From assembly GCA_030524635.1 (NCBI GenBank), contig JAUNGG010000004.1, positions 50,077 through 114,076 of the forward strand: a DNA stretch of 64,000 nucleotides. The letters run 5' to 3'. Below are positions 9,589-19,007 of this stretch, one piece after another. Made by a program: the position numbers and the translations under genes. Below the pieces are notes generated by a model, which was not told the DNA's origin, did not search any database, and worked only from the letters and a program-made list of their open reading frames with translations. This DNA comes from Lachnospiraceae bacterium. GTDB lineage: Bacteria > Bacillota > Clostridia > Lachnospirales > Lachnospiraceae. Each line of letters begins with the position of its first letter. Within the stretch, counting starts at the first letter, position 1.

Positions 9589-10944
9589 ATGGAAAAAAAG
9601 CAAACTGTAAGAGATTTAACCCAGGGCACACCCATTACACAAATCCTCCTCTTCTCCCTCCCCTTAGTATTCGGCACTTTGTTCCAGCAGCTTTACAGCT
9701 TTATGGATACTGTCATCGTAGGGCGCTGCATCGGGATGGACGCTCTGGGAGCATTGGGAACCACCTATTCCCTGAACTTTTTAACCCTCGGCTTCGTCCA
9801 GGGCTTCTGTGTGGGACTGGGAATTCCCATTTCCAAAAGCTTCGGCGCCAAGGACCCGCGGCAGCTCCACCGATATCTCTGGAACGGCCTGTGGCTGTGC
9901 ATCGGGATCAGCCTTCTGTTTTCCGTGGTCATGACTGCCGCCGCCATCCCGCTGCTGAAGCTGATGCACACGCCGGAAAGTCTTCTTGGCATGGCCGCAG
10001 ATTATATCCATATCATCTTTCTGGGGATTCCGGCTGCTGTTTTATATAATTTTTCCTCCAGCGCACTGCGGGCGGTAGGCGACTCCAAGCACCCTTTTTA
10101 CTTCCTGCTGTTTTCCAGTGTACTGAATATTCTTCTGGATTACCTGTTCATCGTACCCTTGCAGATGGGTGTGGCCGGAGCGGCGGCTGCCACTGTCATC
10201 AGCCAGCTGATCAGCGGCCTTTTAAACAGCTGGTGGCTGCTGACCCGAAATGAAGTGTACCAGATTAAAAAAGAGGAGCTTCCTTTTTCTGCCCCTCATG
10301 CATTCTATTTATGTAAAATTGCCATTCCTATGGGATTTGAATATTCCGTTTCTGCCATCGGCGCTATTGTGATGCAGAATGCCATCAATTCCCTGGGAAG
10401 CATTGCCGTTGCTGCACAGACCACCGGTGAAAAGATCCGACAGATGTTTACCCTTCCCATGGAAAGTGTGGGCATGGCCATGGCTACCTATGCAGGCCAG
10501 AACTACGGTGCAGGCGATATGGCCCGCATTAAAAAGGGAATCAAAAGCGGTCTGACCATTCAGTATCTCTACTGCATCGCCGTCTGGCTGATCATCCGCT
10601 TCACCAAAACCGCCCTGGTCCGCCTGGTAATCGGATCCGCTGTCGGGCCGGAGGCAGAAGGCGCCGTCCAGTATTTAAGCATTATGAGCGCCTTGTTCTT
10701 TATTCACGGCTCCCTGATGATCTTCCGCAATACCCTCCAGGGACTGGGACGCAGCCTCCAGGCCATTTTATCTGGTGTGGGAGAGCTGATCGGAAGAAGC
10801 CTGGGAGGCCTGATCGCTATCGCCCTGACCAGCTATACCGCCATCTGCTACACCAACCCTTTAGCCTGGGGTCTGGCCTTGATCTACTGCATGATCATGG
10901 TATTTCTGACACTGCAAAAAGAGTGTGCCAAGGACCGGCATTGA
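9589..10944 (+). CDS. MATE-family efflux transporter
   Basis: Start at MEKKQTVRDLTQGTPIT with an AAAGGAAAGG RBS. It is a 12-TM-like polytopic protein. Confidence 0.8.
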   Translation: MEKKQTVRDLTQGTPITQILLFSLPLVFGTLFQQLYSFMDTVIVGRCIGMDALGALGTTYSLNFLTLGFVQGFCVGLGIPISKSFGAKDPRQLHRYLWNGLWLCIGISLLFSVVMTAAAIPLLKLMHTPESLLGMAADYIHIIFLGIPAAVLYNFSSSALRAVGDSKHPFYFLLFSSVLNILLDYLFIVPLQMGVAGAAAATVISQLISGLLNSWWLLTRNEVYQIKKEELPFSAPHAFYLCKIAIPMGFEYSVSAIGAIVMQNAINSLGSIAVAAQTTGEKIRQMFTLPMESVGMAMATYAGQNYGAGDMARIKKGIKSGLTIQYLYCIAVWLIIRFTKTALVRLVIGSAVGPEAEGAVQYLSIMSALFFIHGSLMIFRNTLQGLGRSLQAILSGVGELIGRSLGGLIAIALTSYTAICYTNPLAWGLALIYCMIMVFLTLQKECAKDRH

Positions 10945-10973
10945 AGCCTGAAGGGTTTAACCAAACGTAATAA

Positions 10974-11019
10974 TGACCGCGGCTTAGGCAGATGAGAATC
11001 AGCTTAAGCCGCGGTCATA
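10974..11019. terminator. Bidirectional hairpin between convergent genes
   Basis: 17 bp near-perfect inverted repeat ATGACCGCGGCTTAGGC / GCTTAAGCCGCGGTCAT, between the MATE stop and the dctM stop. Confidence 0.45.
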
Positions 11020-11038
11020 AATCAATCCTGGATTAATC

Positions 11039-12340
11039 CTAAATCAATCCCATCAGGCTTGGAATTCCTAAAGACAGCGCCGGAATATAGGTCACGGCCA
11101 GCAGCAGCAGGAACAATACTGCAAAGTAGGGCAGCAGCGTCTTGGTTACTTCCTCGATACTGATCTTGCTGATACCGCAGCCTACGAACAGTACAGAACC
11201 AACCGGCGGGGTGATATTGCCCAGACACATGTTGAAGATCAGCATAACACCAAACTGAATATCTGTCATTCCCAGGCTCTGTGCGATGGGCAGGAAGATT
11301 GGGGTGAAGATCAGGATGGCCGGAGTGATATCCATAAACATACCAACTACCATCAAGATCACGTTCATCAGCAGCAGGATCACATACTTATTGGTAGAGA
11401 TCGCCATAATACCAGAGCTGATAGCTGCCGGGATTCCGGAATATGCCATAACGAAGGACATTGCGGAGGATGCAGAGATCAGGAACAGGATGATACCGCT
11501 GGTGCATGCGCTGTTTACCAGGATCTTCATAAAGGACTTCACCGTTAAGCTCTTGTAGCAGATGGACAGGATCAGGCAGTACAGCACACAGATGCCGGCT
11601 CCTTCTGTTGCGGTGAAGATGCCGCCTACGATACCGCCGATTACAATGATAATCAGCAGAAGGCTTGGCAGCGCCTCTAAGGTCACCTTAAGGCACTCAG
11701 AACCGCTTGGGATTCCGGTGGTTGGATATTTGTGCTTCTTTGCATAGAAGAATGCCACTACCATGGAGCCCACACCCATCAGGATGCCGGGAACATAGCC
11801 TGCCATAAACAGGGTGGAGATGGACACACCGCCTGCTACGGTAGAATACACAATGAATGCACTGGTAGGCGGAATCAGCAGTCCGGTTGGTGCAGAAGCA
11901 ATGTTGACTGCGGTTGCAAATGCAGGGTCATAGCCCTCATCCTTCTGGATCGGGTAGATACAGCCGCCCATAGCAGAGGCTGCCGCTACGGAAGAACCGG
12001 ACAGGGCGCCGAACAGCATGTTTCCTACGATATTGGCCTGAGCCAGGGAGCCTGGGATCCAGCCTACGAACAGTTTTGCAAAATTTACCAGACGTCTTGC
12101 AATACCGCCGTTGTTCATAATATTACCTGCCAGGATAAACAGCGGGATCGCCAGCAGCGAGAAGCTTTCCACACCACTGTTCATCTTCTGCATGGTGATG
12201 AAGGTGATCTGATCCCAGGACAGGGAGGAGATGGCAGTTACAATTGATGCGATTACGATGCTGACGGAGATCGGGCAGCTTAAAAACAGCAGGATGCCGA
12301 ATACCGCAAACAGGATAACGGTTGTTAATGCAATACTCAT
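11039..12340 (-). CDS. dctM: TRAP transporter large permease subunit
   Basis: 433 aa polytopic protein with typical DctM composition. Its start overlaps the dctQ stop. Confidence 0.85.
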   Translation of the reverse strand: MSIALTTVILFAVFGILLFLSCPISVSIVIASIVTAISSLSWDQITFITMQKMNSGVESFSLLAIPLFILAGNIMNNGGIARRLVNFAKLFVGWIPGSLAQANIVGNMLFGALSGSSVAAASAMGGCIYPIQKDEGYDPAFATAVNIASAPTGLLIPPTSAFIVYSTVAGGVSISTLFMAGYVPGILMGVGSMVVAFFYAKKHKYPTTGIPSGSECLKVTLEALPSLLLIIIVIGGIVGGIFTATEGAGICVLYCLILSICYKSLTVKSFMKILVNSACTSGIILFLISASSAMSFVMAYSGIPAAISSGIMAISTNKYVILLLMNVILMVVGMFMDITPAILIFTPIFLPIAQSLGMTDIQFGVMLIFNMCLGNITPPVGSVLFVGCGISKISIEEVTKTLLPYFAVLFLLLLAVTYIPALSLGIPSLMGLI

Positions 12341-12840
12341 TACTCATTCCCTCCTTCAATCTTAATTCCAGTGATATCCTCATACAGGTTGATGATCTGG
12401 GCCACGATGATAAACAGACCGGAGATCGGTGCCATAGAATACACCAGGCTTCTGGGGATTCCAAGCAGTGCGGAATATACCTTCTCTGCACTGGCTGCCA
12501 GCTTAAAGCCGCCGATGGTGATGACAAAGATGGCAAATACTAAAATCAATGCATCGATAAAGATCATTAAGATCCGATTTCCTGCCGGGCTTAAGCTGCT
12601 GCGGATCAGCACCAGGCACATATGCTCTCTGGTTACAAAGGCGTATGCAGCACCGATAAATCCGGTCCAGATCAGGAAGTAACGCACCAGCTCCTCAGTA
12701 AATGCAGCCGGGCTGTTTAAGACGTAACGGGTAAATACCTGGTATAATACCAGCAGAGTCATAACAGACAGCAGCACAGTAGCGATAGCTGCCAGAAGCT
12801 TGGTCATGCACTTTTTAATGACAGTTAATACTTCTTTCAT
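12340..12840 (-). CDS. dctQ: TRAP transporter small permease subunit
   Basis: 166 aa, 4-TM-like, lying between dctP and dctM. Confidence 0.75.
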   Translation of the reverse strand: MKEVLTVIKKCMTKLLAAIATVLLSVMTLLVLYQVFTRYVLNSPAAFTEELVRYFLIWTGFIGAAYAFVTREHMCLVLIRSSLSPAGNRILMIFIDALILVFAIFVITIGGFKLAASAEKVYSALLGIPRSLVYSMAPISGLFIIVAQIINLYEDITGIKIEGGNE

Positions 12841-12855
12841 CTCAGTACCTCCCCC

Positions 12856-13878
12856 TTATTCTACAGAATCAATGGTATCAAGCAGGGTCTTTACACCTGG
12901 ATACTGTTCACAGTAATCATCGATCATGCCGCTGGTAGCCTGGCGGAATGCTTCTTTATCTACATCATCCACGAATTCAACCCCCATCTGGGTCTTAGCC
13001 TCCTGGATTGCCTCTTCGATTGCGGCATCCCATGCGATCTTGTGGCTGTCGGTAGACTCATGTGCAGCCTCCAGAATGATCTGCTGATCCTCCGGGCTGA
13101 TCTGGTTCCAAACCTTGGCGCTCATTACCATAACATCCGGGATCATGGCATGCTGATCGGTGGAATACACCTTGCAGATCTCGCCGTGCTTACCGGTAGT
13201 CAAAGCGGTCTCATTGTTCTCCGTTCCATCGATAATACCAGTCTGCAGGGAGGTATATACATCACCATAGGACATAGCAACCGGGATACCGCCCAGAGCC
13301 TGCATCATATCAGTCTGAGACTTCATATCCTGTACACGGATCTTTAGTCCCTTTAAGTCTTCCGGAGTGCGGATCGCTTTATCCTTTGTATAGAAGGAAC
13401 GTGCACCGGAGGTGTAGTAGGTCAAGGTTACAAAGCCATCATCCTCAGAGGACAGGAAGAAGTCCTGCATCTGCTGGGAATCCATCACATGATAGAAGTC
13501 CTCTGTATCATCGAAAATGTAGGGAAGACCGAATCCGTGGTATGCTTCGTTATAGGTAGCAAGTCCAGGTGCAGAAACCTTGGTCATAGAGATAACACCT
13601 GCCATCAGCTGCTCCATGTTCTCATTTTCTGAGCCAAGCTGTCCATTTGGGAAGATCTGGATCTGGATTCTGCCGTTGGTCCGCTCATTTACCTTCTCGG
13701 CAAACTCCAGCATGGCGATATGCACCGTATGTACCTCACTCAGGCCGTGAGCCAGGGTAAGTACCATCGGATTTTCTGCCGTTGCTTCTGCACTGCTCTT
13801 TGCGCCCGTGGATGCGCAGCCAGTTAATGAAGTGGCTGCTAATACCAGGGCAAGCACGATTGCTGCAATCTTTCTCAT
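12856..13878 (-). CDS. dctP: TRAP transporter substrate-binding protein, lipoprotein
   Basis: Signal peptide with lipobox LTGCAS, 340 aa, DctP-family composition. It begins only 31 nt downstream of the GH31 stop. Confidence 0.8.
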   Translation of the reverse strand: MRKIAAIVLALVLAATSLTGCASTGAKSSAEATAENPMVLTLAHGLSEVHTVHIAMLEFAEKVNERTNGRIQIQIFPNGQLGSENENMEQLMAGVISMTKVSAPGLATYNEAYHGFGLPYIFDDTEDFYHVMDSQQMQDFFLSSEDDGFVTLTYYTSGARSFYTKDKAIRTPEDLKGLKIRVQDMKSQTDMMQALGGIPVAMSYGDVYTSLQTGIIDGTENNETALTTGKHGEICKVYSTDQHAMIPDVMVMSAKVWNQISPEDQQIILEAAHESTDSHKIAWDAAIEEAIQEAKTQMGVEFVDDVDKEAFRQATSGMIDDYCEQYPGVKTLLDTIDSVE

Positions 13879-13909
13879 CTTTTTTAACCCCTTTCTTTCT
13901 TCATTTTAT

Positions 13910-16411
13910 TTACATTCCGATCAGATCAAACTGCTCGAAGGATACTAGCACCTGATAATCCTTCTTCGGGTTCGGATACTTGATCTGAACAGATTTTAAT
14001 CTCTGGCTGTAGTACCAGCCGCACTCTGTCTCCTCAAACTTCCGTCTGTGCAGGAAATGGGGGATCTGTTTTCCGTCAACGGTCACCCAGTACGGAGATT
14101 TCTCTCTGTGGATCATATCCACATACATAGTCTCCACTGCCGTCTCATAGCTTCCCTCCTGCTTGAAATCCAGGTAGGTCCGCTCTCCAACCGTCATGGT
14201 GATGCGGGTCTTTAAATAATCACCCTTCTCATAATCCATGGAAACACCGTCATCCTCATATAAGTCAAACTGGTTGTCCTTGTCAGCCGCACACAGCAGA
14301 GTAATTCCCGTAGCCTGCTGGGTCTTTAAATTGTCCAGCTGATTGGATGCCATAGGGATCAGGGCGCCGCTTCTCACATACATTGGGATACTGCTCAAGG
14401 TCACCGGAACCTCAATGGTCTGTCCGCCTTCGTAAGCTTCTCTGGTATTCAGATCATAGAAGACTGCTCCCTCCGGCAGGTAGATGCTGCGGGTCTTTGC
14501 TCCCTTCTCCACCACATTTGCTACCAGCAGGGAATCACCGAACATAAAGTCCACGCCTTCCTCATAGCACTTCGGGTCGTTCTGGAATGCGCTGCACATC
14601 GGTTCCATAATCGGCAGTCCCTTCTCATGGGCACGCTCCGTCAGGGAGTACAGGTAGGGGCTTAACTGATACCGGAATTCAATGGCATGACGGATATCAT
14701 CCTTTAAGTCGCTGTACATCCAGGGCTCCGTTACGGTGTTGTCCGTATTGGTGGAGTGGATGGAGAATCTTGGCTGGAAGATACCATTCTGTACCCAGCG
14801 CAGGAACAGCTCACCCTCCGGCGCCGGACCGTAAAAGCCGCCGATGTCGCAGCCCTGATTGGCCACGCCGGACAATCCCATGCCTAAGATCGTTGCAATG
14901 TTATACTTTAATGCTTCCCAGCAGGTTAAGTTGTCCCCTGCCCAGGTCTGTGCGTACCGCTGGATACCGCAGTGGCCGGAACGGCACACAATATACGGAC
15001 GAGTATTGTCAAAGGTCTCATGAATGGCTTCATCGGTGATATGGCACATGATGTTGGACATTACAGACTTTAACTGGCCGATGGTACCGCCCTTGCCCTC
15101 GAAATAGCAGCGGCAGTCCTTGTCTACCATGCTGTCATACTCACAGTTATCATTCCAGATGGAGCAGGTTCCGTAGTCCAGAACATTTTCCTTTAACATC
15201 GCCTTCCAGTTCTCGCGGGTTTCTTTCTTGGTGTAGTCCACAAACACGCCTTTGCCGCCCCACCAGGTTCCTACCCCCGGCTCCTCGCTGTCGCTGGCCT
15301 TTACAAACATGTCCTTCTCCTTCATCTCCTCTAACATGGGATGGATCAGAAGGATGCCTGGCTTAACATTGGGGGTCACCGTCACGCCCCGGTCTGCCAT
15401 CTGCTTGAAGAAATCAGCAGGATCCTTAAACCGCTTCTTATTCCAGGTGAAGACGCAGCGCTTCACGCCCTTGTCCGTCTCTACCGTGCAGTAGCCGGAG
15501 GAAAGCTGGAAGCCGTCTACCGGGATCTTCTCTTCCTTGGTGGTATCAATAAACTCTACGATGGCATCATCACAGTCTGCCTCCAGCTCCGGATAGTACA
15601 TGGAAGAGCCAAGGTAGCCCAGTGCGTACCGGGGCAGCAGAGCAGATTTTCCGGTCAGGTCGGTGTAGCGCTCCACTACCTGGCGCACCGTCGGGCCTGC
15701 GATCAGGAACAGATCGATGTCGCCTCCGTCTGCACGATAGCGGCTGTGCATCTTCCAGTAGTTGCTCTTTTCCCGTCCCATGTCGAAGTCGCACTCGTAA
15801 GTATTGTGATAGAAATAGCCAACCGCCTTTTTGCTTCCCTTATTCAGCTTGATGTAGAATGGAATATGCTTATATAAGGAATCCGTCTCTTTCGGGTTGT
15901 AGCCCATGGCATCCTTGGGGCTCATTCCCATAAACTTCTGCGCCTTGTTGAATTCGCCGCTCTTCTCGCCAAAGCCATAGAAGCAGTCATCCGGAGTGAT
16001 CTCGCTGGTATGAATGCGGCGGTGGTTGCTGTCTTCCATATATGCCAGATCCACGATATCTGCATGAAGCAGCGTGCCCTCTGCATCATACACACAGATG
16101 CGGAATGGATCCTTCTCTACCACTACCTTAAGCTGCTTTCCCTGAATCACAGCCTTTTCTTCCCCGTCTTCCAGCACCGCCTCTGCAGCCGTCACCCGCT
16201 TCCGGTAATTCTTCAAAAACTCGTCCATCCTGTCTTCCCATGCAGTCATTACCAGGCTGTAGGATTCCTCCGCAAAATCCCCGTCAAAGCCGGCGCGAAT
16301 CCTGACGATCGAATCCGTTAAAAATAAGATACGGATCTCCACGCTGTTCGTCATGACAGAAAAGTAATTGTCCTGCTGCTTTACTGACAGAGCCGTTGTA
16401 CAAATTTTCAT
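13910..16411 (-). CDS. Glycoside hydrolase family 31 (alpha-glucosidase / alpha-xylosidase / sulfoquinovosidase-type)
   Basis: 833 aa with GH31 catalytic-region motifs (WNDNCE, GIQRYAQTWAGDN) and a GAGGAGG RBS. Confidence 0.85.
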   Translation of the reverse strand: MKICTTALSVKQQDNYFSVMTNSVEIRILFLTDSIVRIRAGFDGDFAEESYSLVMTAWEDRMDEFLKNYRKRVTAAEAVLEDGEEKAVIQGKQLKVVVEKDPFRICVYDAEGTLLHADIVDLAYMEDSNHRRIHTSEITPDDCFYGFGEKSGEFNKAQKFMGMSPKDAMGYNPKETDSLYKHIPFYIKLNKGSKKAVGYFYHNTYECDFDMGREKSNYWKMHSRYRADGGDIDLFLIAGPTVRQVVERYTDLTGKSALLPRYALGYLGSSMYYPELEADCDDAIVEFIDTTKEEKIPVDGFQLSSGYCTVETDKGVKRCVFTWNKKRFKDPADFFKQMADRGVTVTPNVKPGILLIHPMLEEMKEKDMFVKASDSEEPGVGTWWGGKGVFVDYTKKETRENWKAMLKENVLDYGTCSIWNDNCEYDSMVDKDCRCYFEGKGGTIGQLKSVMSNIMCHITDEAIHETFDNTRPYIVCRSGHCGIQRYAQTWAGDNLTCWEALKYNIATILGMGLSGVANQGCDIGGFYGPAPEGELFLRWVQNGIFQPRFSIHSTNTDNTVTEPWMYSDLKDDIRHAIEFRYQLSPYLYSLTERAHEKGLPIMEPMCSAFQNDPKCYEEGVDFMFGDSLLVANVVEKGAKTRSIYLPEGAVFYDLNTREAYEGGQTIEVPVTLSSIPMYVRSGALIPMASNQLDNLKTQQATGITLLCAADKDNQFDLYEDDGVSMDYEKGDYLKTRITMTVGERTYLDFKQEGSYETAVETMYVDMIHREKSPYWVTVDGKQIPHFLHRRKFEETECGWYYSQRLKSVQIKYPNPKKDYQVLVSFEQFDLIGM

Positions 16412-16706
16412 TTCTTATTAACCTCCTCAACTTTTTTAATTACTCAAACCGGTTTTTGTATCTTTATCATATGAAAAATCCAGGTGCAAAACTAGACGAA
16501 AATTGCAGTCTATAGGTAAAAGTTTTACATTTCTTGCTCTTTTTCAAAAAATATGTTAATATGATATCAATACACTATTATCATATCTGTCAGGAACCCA
16601 TCTGACCGCTTGATAATTTTGTGAAATATAGCCAATTAAATTTGTATGTTTTGCTTACAGCCATGGTATTGTTTACCACGAATAACATTCAAAAGGGGGA
16701 TTCTAT

Positions 16707-17546
16707 ATGCTGGATCAGGCAGGAATTATGATGGCCCAGGGCAGTCAGATCGCCTGTGAGCGGATCAGCGGGGTAAATGACAATATGTTTCAATCCCACT
16801 ATCACAATTATTATGAACTGTATTTTTTAGAAGACGGAGAACGATATCAGAGAATACAGGATGAGCTGTATCTGTTAAAGCCCGGCGAGCTGATGCTGTT
16901 TTCCCCTTATATCATGCACTTTTCCTACGGAGCTGAAAATGTGCCCTTTAAACGGATCATCCTGTATTTCCACAAGGATGAGGTGGATACTCCAGAGCTG
17001 ATCGAAGCCCTGGACACTGCAAACGGTATGTATAAGCCCCCTCAAAAGGACCGGCGAACCATCCATCAGCTTTTAGAGCTTTTGCTCCACGAACAGAACA
17101 ATCCCGGCGATTTTCACAGCAATTACCAGCACATGCTGTTAAACCTGCTTCTCTACCAATTAGCCCGCCAGAAACGGACTCAGGCTCTGGCAAAGCCGGA
17201 GGAAAGCACCCGCATCAGCCAGGTGATCCGCTATATCCACACCCATTATGCAGATGATATTAATCTGGAAAGTCTCTCCCAGATGTTTTATGTCAGCCCT
17301 TATTATCTGTGCCGGGAATTTAAAGAATATACCAACAGCACCATCATCCAGTATGTGAATGTAACACGGATCATGAATGCTCAAAGAAAATTTATGGAAA
17401 CAAATCTGAATATCACAGAGATCAGCAAAGCTACCGGGTTCTCAAATCTGACCCATTTTAATCGGGTATTTAAGTCTGTGACGGGAATGACGCCTTCCGG
17501 GTATCGGAAGACGCACAAGAATCAGCAGTTTTATGTGGGAGGGTGA
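16707..17546 (+). CDS. AraC-family regulator with a cupin-type sensor domain plus HTH
   Basis: C-terminal AraC HTH (YYLCREFKEYTNSTIIQYVNVTRIMNAQRKF). It is divergent from the GH31/TRAP operon and has an AAAGGGGGA RBS. Confidence 0.8.
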   Translation: MLDQAGIMMAQGSQIACERISGVNDNMFQSHYHNYYELYFLEDGERYQRIQDELYLLKPGELMLFSPYIMHFSYGAENVPFKRIILYFHKDEVDTPELIEALDTANGMYKPPQKDRRTIHQLLELLLHEQNNPGDFHSNYQHMLLNLLLYQLARQKRTQALAKPEESTRISQVIRYIHTHYADDINLESLSQMFYVSPYYLCREFKEYTNSTIIQYVNVTRIMNAQRKFMETNLNITEISKATGFSNLTHFNRVFKSVTGMTPSGYRKTHKNQQFYVGG

Positions 17547-17638
17547 GATTGTCGGTGGTGAGACGGCCTTCAAGCCGGTTGTGCCAATCCTGTGAATATA
17601 AGAGGATAACAGCACAGATGGAGAAAGGGACTGACCCA

Positions 17639-17866
17639 TCAACGGTCAGCCTCTTCAGCATCATTTTGTTCCAACAACTCTTTTAATGCGTCATATAATT
17701 GCTCTGCAACAGCTTTTCTCATCACAATCGATGAAACCGTCTCTGCTGCCATTTCTTCCTGAATGTTTCCATCCTTTATCATAGGAAGTCGTTGAACAAA
17801 GTTGATCATGAATTCCTCTTTCTCATCATCCATTGCACATGAAAAACCATTAATATACTGCAGCAT
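17639..17866 (-). CDS. Small acidic hypothetical protein (75 aa)
   Basis: Start at MLQYINGFSC with an AGGAGG RBS. It is the last gene of a three-gene minus-strand cassette. Confidence 0.4.
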   Translation of the reverse strand: MLQYINGFSCAMDDEKEEFMINFVQRLPMIKDGNIQEEMAAETVSSIVMRKAVAEQLYDALKELLEQNDAEEADR

Positions 17867-17887
17867 CCTGTTTCCTCCTGTTTCCAT

Positions 17888-18337
17888 TTAATGAGTCATA
17901 ATTTTTAAAGCATCAAGATTTTCTACATATTGTTTCACACGATTACAGGTCCTTTTACTGCTGCTATTATTTTTAACTACAAAGAAATGTCTTGCTGTTG
18001 GTGTAATGCGGCGAAATCCTTTTTCATCTTCAAAAGCAGGTATCACTTTCGGCTTTTGCAATCGAACTTCTAATTCCAAATCCAGCTTCTCTGCGATCTC
18101 TGCCAATGCCTTTACCGAAAAATTATAATCTGCACTTTCCCACTTTGAAACCATTCCTTGAGATACATTCATAAAATGGGCAAACTGCTTCTGCGTCATA
18201 CCTAATTCCAATCTCTGCTTCACAATTTCCGCAGAAACATCTGCAAGCGCCTTTGATGCAAGTATGTCAGCTACGGAAATCTTCTCATCAAACAAATCCA
18301 ACAAATTCTGCAAATTGCAGCAATATTGATTTTCCAT
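17888..18337 (-). CDS. XRE-family helix-turn-helix protein
   Basis: HTH_3 signature LGMTQKQFAHFMNVSQGMVSKWE. Size is 149 aa, 4 nt downstream of the preceding gene. Confidence 0.7.
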   Translation of the reverse strand: MENQYCCNLQNLLDLFDEKISVADILASKALADVSAEIVKQRLELGMTQKQFAHFMNVSQGMVSKWESADYNFSVKALAEIAEKLDLELEVRLQKPKVIPAFEDEKGFRRITPTARHFFVVKNNSSSKRTCNRVKQYVENLDALKIMTH

Positions 18338-18340
18338 TTT

Positions 18341-18766
18341 TCATTCTCCAATCTGTTTTGCTCTTTCATCCATAATTGGCAGCCATTGTGAATAATCAGA
18401 TACCCTTTTTCCAGCCTTTTCAAAAAATGCCCCTAAAAAAAGTGGTGTTCCACTGACAGAAAAAGTCATCAACAATCGAATATTCACTATCTTATCTTGA
18501 ATATGGAGAGAATAATAATATGACCCTTGGCCCATATGTGATAAAATCTCATTATTATCTGCTTCATTTACCCGAATTCCCAGATTTTTTACAAAGGCAA
18601 ATTGTTTTATTAAAATTTGAAATACTTCTTTTTCATGACCCACTGCATGTGATGTAATAATTGCATTTAATTCTTCAATAAATTTAATATGAAAACAAAA
18701 GCCGGTATCGGTGCTGTATTCATTAATATATGCAATTAAAAGTTCTAATGCTTTTCTTTTGTTCAT
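18341..18766 (-). CDS. Hypothetical protein (141 aa), first gene of the cassette
   Basis: No family recognised. It contains HAVGHE (H-x3-H, not the canonical HExxH). It is AT-rich and co-directional with the HTH gene. Confidence 0.5.
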   Translation of the reverse strand: MNKRKALELLIAYINEYSTDTGFCFHIKFIEELNAIITSHAVGHEKEVFQILIKQFAFVKNLGIRVNEADNNEILSHMGQGSYYYSLHIQDKIVNIRLLMTFSVSGTPLFLGAFFEKAGKRVSDYSQWLPIMDERAKQIGE

Positions 18767-18780
18767 GCTCTCCTCATTAT

Positions 18781-18796
18781 ATTACTTATAAGTAAT
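18781..18796. promoter_or_regulatory. Perfect 16 bp palindrome (candidate operator)
   Basis: ATTACTTATAAGTAAT lies 15 nt upstream of the 141 aa gene start. Confidence 0.35.
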
Positions 18797-19007
18797 ATTT
18801 TCAAGTGTCTTTGATATTTTCCAAAATATTACATATATGATATCATACGGTGTGGAAAGCGTCAATTTATTTCTGTAATTTTTTTACATTTTTTCCAATC
18901 ATTTCTCCTGCAGATATCCAGGAAACTGTATCTTGTTACATGCTGGCCGATACACTTGCAACAAGGTGAGACATATCGCCTCACCCTGCTGTCCTCATTA
19001 TCTTTTT

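Noticed and set aside
9522-10049. 175 aa ORF overlapping the MATE gene start in another frame
   Set aside because: It is out of frame with a clear MATE transporter, and its sequence is Arg/His/Pro-rich.
18341-18766. Considered calling the 141 aa protein an ImmA/IrrE zinc metallopeptidase partner of the XRE HTH
   Set aside because: It has H-A-V-G-H rather than the canonical HExxH, and the LGI...G block is in the wrong order relative to the motif. The evidence is insufficient.
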